Shown here one piece after another: positions 54,412-62,046 of a stretch of DNA of 62,046 nucleotides. A model generated the notes under the pieces. It had not been told where the DNA came from. It was given only the letters and a program-made list of their open reading frames with translations, and did no database searches. The position numbers were made by a program, and so were the translations under genes. The stretch is from Gnetum montanum. Lineage: Eukaryota; Plantae; Gnetophyta. The number at the start of each line of letters is the position of its first letter. The first letter of the stretch is position 1. The stretch spans positions 2,498 to 64,543 of the forward strand of contig MNCI01003167.1 in NCBI GenBank assembly GCA_015680685.1, in the 5' to 3' direction.

Positions 54412-56027
54412 CTATTCACTGATCTCAGTATCATCATCAGAAGTAACTTCTACATGAGAAGGCTTCTATGTCTCCTCATAATCATCATCATAGCTGGTGT
54501 GGACATTGATGCTAGAGATGTGCTTCTCATCATCATCATCTAATGATGGAATGTGTACAACAACTCTCTGGGAACATAGCTTTACCCAAAACTAGGATGA
54601 AGTTCATAGATGAGATGAAGCTTGCTAAGAAGATGAGGCACCACCCTTTATCTAATATGTGATAGGATCAACTAGTTTCCAATAAGATGAAGTCCCAAAT
54701 ATGCTCTCTATCACATGCTATTTGAATGTCCATGAAGCATTATCATGAGGGTGAGAACTGAGTCTAGGCTACATAGGATCAGAAAACTCCCATTCGACAC
54801 ATGCAAGTGATGCATCAAGCTCCTTAAAATTGAATACATTTCTCAAGTCATATCTTAAGATGGTCTAGCAACTATTGAGTGCCTAGCTAGAGTAAGAAAA
54901 TCCTCCATACTATTTGATATGGAAATAGTGGTGATCTCCTTGAATTGCTACCCATTTGGAGGACAAGGTACTCTAGCTGAATCCATTCTCTTACAAAAGT
55001 AAGAGAGATTCCTACCAATCATCCCAATAGTCTGAGTAAAATTCTTTAGAAACTTATTAAGAGTGGATCTCATTTTTCCTCTAGAAAATTTGGACCTTCT
55101 CAACTAAGGATAGGCCCATAGAGGTGATGCAAACTCCTTCTTCCTTGATTTCTAAGGTCTGGTGCTAGGTTTTGCAACTTTAGTATGGGTGGAGATTCTT
55201 TTTTCTAAATACTCAGCAAGGATCCTTTTACCTTTAAGCAAAGGCATATCAGGAATGGAAACTTCTCTTTGAACAATCAACAAACTAATGAGAAGAAGAT
55301 TCCCATAGACTCTCTCCTTGATGAAGATACCTAACATGTTTATGCAAAGTATATGGCCTAGGCCTAGTGGTTGACCAATGAGAAGGTAATAAAGAATAAA
55401 GGCTTGAGTTGGCAAAAAATATTTGTAACTTTCCCCTTTTACAATAATATTATACAATACAATTATAGAAAGGGTGGAAGTATCTGAAGCCATATGACTT
55501 CTAAGAACTTTCCTGCTATGTAAAGAAATTAAATGACTAAACAAAGCATCACAAAATTAATTGTGAAAAATAAGGATTACACCATTCATGAAAATATTAG
55601 ACATTGAATGAATCATAACCCTATGAACATCAAAATAAGAGATCCCAAGAATGGCTTTGAAAACTTGTGGAACGATCTCAATTAACATCCTGCCAATAGT
55701 GAATGTAAAGATACCAAGAGTAGCATTTGTATTTGTAATGTTACTATGAAACCTTTTGATGAGGATTTCAAGAACATAAAAGTTTATGAACATAAATGAC
55801 ATTCAATTCAACACTTCGAAAAATTCCATAATTTGCTTATGATGTCATTGTTAAATGTAAAGGAATCTCTTATAAAATTTAGTAACAAAACAAGTTACCT
55901 CAAATCTATGCTGAGATTTAGTGGAGAAAAATTGAGTATAAGTGTTTGCGTTACTTTATGATGCATACTATAACTTCTTTCTCTTTCTATAAGAGATAAT
56001 TAGATGTCACAATCTTTTGTAAGCCAT
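54412..56027 (-). pseudogene. env-position extra ORF of element E, decayed
   Basis: ATG at 56027, ORF pieces 55557-55802 and 55152-55544, acidic end SDDDTEISE-stop; TATATAAA at 56136-56143. Confidence 0.55.
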
Positions 56028-56399
56028 CAATATACAAGGAGATGCAAAAATTGTTGTTGTTGTGAAAGCCCTAGTCATCTACTCTTAGTTGTCTATGCTT
56101 GGATGTGGAAGAATGAGGAAAAATGAAGTGTTGGATTTATATAATCATGACCATCAAGAATTTTTTATGAAAATTTAAATGTATAACTTGAATAGTAGAT
56201 GTCTATTCCACATCTATACAAAACTTAGATAGATGTCTAACTCAATATGTAGACATTTATGGATAGATGTATATCTTTCTCTATAGACATTTAATGATAG
56301 ACATCTCTAGGTATATGTCTTATTAAGAAATATTTATGGAATAGCTACCATAGATTATAGTCTTAAAAGAAATTGTAATTTAAATGAAAAGTTACCTCT

Positions 56400-58258
56400 A
56401 CTTACCTTGCTTGCTAATGGAGATGAAGATGTCTATGGGGCTTGAGAATGAGGTTCTTCTTTTGAAGTTCCTTCTTTCATATAAATTTGTTCTATTTCTA
56501 ATTTCTACCTCCCTTTCAAAAAAATTTTATGAAGGTTCTTTCACTTTCTTCCTTTCATTTAATTCCTTACAGTTTTTTGTTCTCCTTGCCCTTTTGATTT
56601 ATCCTCCATTTCTACATTTGGGTAAGACCAAGGAGTCTTATGATATGACAAGGTGTTCATGTGATAATATTTTAAATTTTAATTCCATTTCTTATGTCCA
56701 AATCTATTACAATAATAACATCTAATTCTTTTATTTTGTTTAAAGTGATCAATCCTTGAAATTCCTCTTTCTTTAGAAGTAGTACCAATTAACACTTCAA
56801 TCTTTTGAGTAGCCTCCTGTTCAAATGAATTTTGTATAGATGTTTCTTCTTGTTGATAGAATCCTAGTCCACTTTTATTTTGTCGACTTCTTCCTTTTTC
56901 CTAGAATGATGCAAAGGGATTCTTTTCCTTTGACTACTCTTTCATTCACAAGTTTGGTATCCTCTAGTTCTTTTTTCATTTGTTCATAAGACAAGGTTAT
57001 TTTTCTATGCTTAGCCCTTAGGTCTAAGTTTTCTTGTATGAGGTCTAAAAATTTAATGTTAAGTAGACATAGATATTTATCTTTTTCTTTTAAAGCCTTA
57101 TTTAGTTTTACATTGATATTCTGAAAGGATAATAATTTATTGCACAAAAGATCATACCTATCCTCATTAGTTTTAATTACATGGTTCTCATCTTCAATTG
57201 TGTAGATGTTATCATCTATAAGATCCATGAAGCTAAGATGTGGGTCCTTCATATTATCATCAACCTATTTCTCACTTTTTTCTCCATTTTCCTAGCTAGT
57301 GTAGAAGTTTTTCTTTATCCATTTAGCTACATTTTTATCTCTTGCTTTCAATCTACCAATGCTAGGACACTCAGAGGTCACATGGCCACTTCCACCACAT
57401 ACCAAATATTCTATGAAAAATTCATGAATATTTGAATTTTTAAAACCTTTACTTTTCTCTTTATCTTTGGATTGATTAGGATCTAGTTGATTAAAGCTTC
57501 TCCATTTCCTTGCAAGAATTATTTGAACTGTTCTTGATGTAAGAGCTATTTCATCTTCATTATGCATTTCTTGTTCAACTACCTCCTTTTCTTTTGATGT
57601 AGATTTTAGGGCAGTAAGCTTTTCTTTTATAGCTCCTTCACTTATGAGATCCATCTCATAAGCAACCAAAGCACTTTAAAGTTCCGCAAACTTTAGTATC
57701 AAAAAGTCTTTGATTTCTTCAAGTGACTTTTGGTCTAAACTCAAGCTATAGAGTTCTACCGATTTTTATGATTACATCACTTTCTAGTAAATCCATTCCC
57801 ATTACTCTAGTTGTAACAATAAGATCATTTTTCCTAGATAATTAGTCCTTACTCTTTTCTCCTTCCTTCATTTTAAGCTTGTTATATTTTCTTTGCAATA
57901 ATAAAAGTTTTGATTTTTTAATTATAGATGTTCCCTCATAAGTAGCCTCTAAGATTTCTCATATTTCCTTGATAGTTTTACATTAAGCTATTCTCTAAAA
58001 CTCATATTTATTCAATGCATAATATAAATAATTTTTGTTTTTTGAATCAAACATGAAGTTATCTTTCTCTTTAGAAGTCCATTTGCTCCATGGCTTAACT
58101 ACTTATGTGGTGTTGTCAATAGGTGATATGTAGCCTTCAACAATTAACACCCATAATTTGAATTTCATGGATTTGAAGAATCCCTACATCCTTGCCTTCT
58201 AGTATGCAAAGTCAAATCCATTGAACATTAGTGGCTTGGTGTAACACATCCCTTCCAG
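56400..58258 (-). pseudogene. gag: SIRE-type gag of element E, decayed
   Basis: KPLMFNGFDFAY*KARM N-terminus; zinc knuckle YLVCGGSGHVTSECP; coiled-coil-like C-region. Confidence 0.85.
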
Positions 58259-60188
58259 ACTTTACTCTTAAAATGTAAACCACAAACTTAAGAGTATTGA
58301 GCTCTAATACCACTTGTGGATTGAGAAGTTAGAAGGGGGATTGAATAAGTTCCCCATTTAAATTCTCTATAGCCACAAAATCAAACTCAACTTTTACATG
58401 ATTCCCAAACTTTGGTAGTTTACACTTAGAGGGTAGATTCCTTGCATACCTTGTTACTTTGTTGCTTCAAAAAATGTGATTTTCAAGGCACCATAACATA
58501 TATAATATTTGAGCTTCACTATGTAGAGATTCATCACTACAAAACCTCTCAACTCCACTAGGTCTCAATAAGCTCAAAATGTGGTTTAAAGAATCCCATA
58601 ACCTTTAAAAATGTGAGCTCCACTTTGGAGTGTGTTGTCCTCACAAAACCACTTAACCCCATAAGGTCCTAACGTGCTTAACAAAGATGTCTTCCCACAA
58701 GAAGCACATCAACCCCATAGGGCTACAAGAAAGAAAGAAAAAATTTACAATGTCCTTGTAGTGAGGCTCACAACATAAACAACATACAAATGATGAATCA
58801 ATGAAGAATAACCACACAAATCACTTAAGTATCCTTGGGTAAATTTTATTATGAATAGTACTTGAATAATTTCCAAAACTTTTACTTTGTCTTATAGCCT
58901 TGGAGTTTTCAAAAACTCCTCGAAATTTATTCAAAAACTATCAAATGACTAGTATATTTATCTACTTTGAAGTTTATATGTCTCACTGAGAATTCCCTTA
59001 ATGTAGGAGAGACATCTACAAGAAAGTGTAGATGTCTACCTATAGACATGTATAGATAGACATCTATTATTAGAGGTAGACATCTATTTTTTTTCCAAAT
59101 GTCAACTTTTTATAAGCACTTTGAAATATGAGGTATTTCTTTGATCCTTGGGCTTCTCGACAATCTTCAAAACATCTTTATTTGGCTTGTAGATCTTGTT
59201 TCCATTAATGCTCTCATCTAGTTCACTTAGTCTTTGTTTTGACATCTCATCGCGGATCTTGTTTCTAAAATATTAGATCTCCATGTGAAGTTCTTATTCA
59301 TGGTCTTGCAAAATTATCATTACACACAAAAAATCTGCATTCTTCATTTTCTTTATGGTTTTGACATATGAAAAGGTCAACAATTGCTACTATAGTATTA
59401 TGGATGCAATATTATTTAGCTTTACCTAATGCAACTTCCTAGTATTATGAATAAAATATTATTTAACATTGTAGGATGCAACCCCTAGAGTGTTATAAAC
59501 AAAATATTATTTAGTTTTATCGATCTATGATTGGTAATTGGTCTCTTAGTGAAAATTAGCCAAAATAAGTTTTGTGAAAAGAAAAATATCTAAATATGAA
59601 AAATAAAATATCTAGAAAGGTCAAAAGAAAAAGTGTTCATAAGTAAAAGAAAAAATACATAATAAAATTGTGTAACTCACATTATATTAAAGAATCAATT
59701 TAAAAAGAACTAATTACACTCTTTCTATTTCCATAAAGGATTCTAAAACTGGTAATTATTAGTACATCAAATTTAACACAATCACTATTGAAATCATCAA
59801 CTAATTTATAATAAGTTGAATAAAAATAAAAATTTAATTTTAAATGTTTATAACAACCACACGATGATTTAACATTGACTTACAATCATTATAACCAAAA
59901 CATGATATATCATTTACTAATTAATTAATAATGATTATAATAAATTGAAATTTAGTTGCAATCAATATGTGAAAAAAGAAAAGACCTTAGAAACATTGAT
60001 AACAATCTCGCTTACTAAGTGAGCCATGTGGTATTCCTACTCCATGACATGTACTTATTTTGGCTGAGAAGCCAACTACCTATCATAAATTGGTAATGCT
60101 AAATAATATTTTGTTCATAATGCTATACGGACAGCTTATTAGTAATGCTAAATAATATTCCATCCATAACACTAAAGGGAGAACTTAT

Positions 60189-62046
60189 TGTTGGCACATT
60201 TTCAGCCACTACATGCAGCAGGAGTTTCAGTTTGCTTAAGAAGAATAAAAATGAAATAGGTGTTTAAGATTCGGATGAGTTTTATGATGATAAACACATA
60301 TTTGATTTTTACCTTACATTGGGCAAAGAATGTGATATTTCAGCACATTACAAACTTAGATTGGCTCAGTAATGGTGGCAGATAGGGAATATACAGGGCC
60401 TGACCACAAATATATCAAGGATAAATAATATTCAAAAATGATGTGGTTCTTTTGGTAAACCAAGGATTTTCAAGAATGATAAAATTTTTCTGAATTATGA
60501 AAGCGAAAGAACAAAGGAAATGAACTCTGTGTTGAGAAGAAACAGTTACTGAATACTATCAGAAACAGGATTAAACACCAAGAGAAAAAATGTAGTATCA
60601 ATGGCAATAAAAACGTAGTGATGCTTGCTGCTAAAATGTTTCCAAGAAAATGCCAAAAATCCCTTCATATTCCACTTAAAATTTTGTCAAACACTTGCCG
60701 CGAAGGGTTTCTTTATTCTGTTTCTGCAATGAACTTAATCTCCTGGCCAAAGAGTACAGCGGATGAATGAAACAGGGTCAGAACGCAGCCGGTTGCTACG
60801 CCCACGCCTATGCCTGCAATCCGGGACGGTTACCAGCAAAAAACTACCAAATAAAATACGGATGTGCCAGACTTGGACGCTGCCCACGAATAGGGGCAAG
60901 ACACCATTGTAGGGGGTTCTCAAATTCAAGTTATTGCACCGTTGATATGAGTAACTGATGCCGAGCTCCGCGAAAAAGCTGTTCAAACTGCAATCGTGTT
61001 TTGGGGTTCAATAGATGACACAGCCATGGCAGACGCGGGAGACGCGGGGATGGCGGCAGCAAAGCAGCGGCAGGGTTTCGGCGACGTCAGCCACAAACCG
61101 ACAGCGGCAATCGTGACCTTGGGCCAATCCGACGCAGAGCGGTGGCAGGGAAAATAACGGACGGAGCAGTCCGGAGGAGGAAGCAACGCAAATCGCGGAA
61201 GGAAGGAGCGCGCACAGAGGAAGCAAAGTAACGCGGTTAACCGCGTTGGAAAACATTGACACTTGAAAAATATTTACCCTCCCCCAAAGATAGCGTATTT
61301 ACTGTTTCATAAAGTTAATTTTACAAATAATTATATTTCTAACAAATGAAACATAGCCGCAAAAATAATTATTGAAATGCTGGATACTTACCTAGGTATT
61401 TAAATTATATGCAAAGGCCAAATTCTTGTATCATGTATGATGTAAACACTTGTCAGTTGCAGATTTTCTCTTCATAACTATGTAACTTTCTCCTAGCTTG
61501 TTGGGAAAGTAATCTTCTAATTGGTTAGTCAGGTTACTTGAGAGGAAAGTTAGGAGAGATGTTATTGAAGATATTTTTGGATATTTGAAAATTGCAACTT
61601 CCTTATACATCATTCAGAAGACTTGACATCTCATTTGGAAGAAGTAAAATCAAAGGGATAAATATGTATGGAGTACTATAGCTTGTATCCCTATGTATTT
61701 TGTTTAGATTGTACTTTAATAACCAAGGCCACTTGTCAACTTCCTCATCTCTTTTTGTGGCTAAAAACCACCCAAAATTGTTGTAACTTACCTAACTTGT
61801 TGGGCAAGTAACCACCTAACTTGTTGGGTAAGTAATTTTCTAATTGGTTGGCTAAGTGACTTGGGAGAGAAGTTAGGTGAGATATTTTTAAATTTGTAAC
61901 TTCCCTACCTACCTTTGAACCCTATCAAAGGAAGAAGGGGGGGGGGGAAGCATAAAAAAGGGAACAACAAGGAACTTCACACATCACACTTGGAAGATTT
62001 GTAAAGAAGATTTCTTGGAAGATGGCTTGCTAGAATAAAGATTTCA
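60189..62046 (+). repeat. Second LTR of family Z (solo or 5' LTR; runs off the window)
   Basis: Starts TGTTGGCACATTTTCAGCC and is collinear with 2858-~4703; inserted after CTTAT in a short ~49-bp tandem repeat (~60090-60188). Confidence 0.9.

Larger units (their letters stand above)
52946..59382 (-). mobile_element. Element E: non-autonomous SIRE-like Ty1/copia (gag plus env-position ORF, no pol), related to D
   Basis: LTRs 52946-53916 and 58315-59382; PBS TGGTATTAGAGC (58301-58312); PPT 53917-53931; LTR start TGTTGACCTTTTCATATG resembles D's. Confidence 0.88.

Noticed and set aside
2858-62046. One giant 59-kb element bounded by the two Z LTRs
   Set aside because: The first copy follows pol and a PPT, so it is a 3' LTR, and no PBS follows it. 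The second has no pol upstream and sits inside a tandem repeat. They are independent insertions.

Overview
This is eukaryotic (land-plant) repeat-dense DNA. It holds a nested stack of LTR retrotransposon insertions from several families, and I found no intact host gene. In order: (Z) the 3' half of a Ty3/gypsy element with pol, an extra ORF and a 2.9-kb LTR, with a second LTR copy at 60189-end. (A) A degenerate + strand Tat/Ogre-type element (RT-RH-aRH-IN). (L) A 5.5-kb non-autonomous LTR element inserted in A's 3' LTR. It carries a 5S rRNA-derived Pol III promoter segment and an intronless, decayed CCR4-type EEP deadenylase. (B) A ~18.5-kb minus-strand Tat/Ogre-type element whose gag-protease and RT are separated by a ~5.7-kb putative intron that itself holds an antisense multi-exon gene. 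(C) A related minus-strand element whose 5' LTR is split by a TSD-flanked solo LTR and by (D), a pol-less SIRE-like Copia. (E) A second pol-less SIRE-like copy with an env-position ORF. The most notable items are element L and the intron-nested antisense gene of B. All calls come from manual reading and remembered family motifs; no searches were run.
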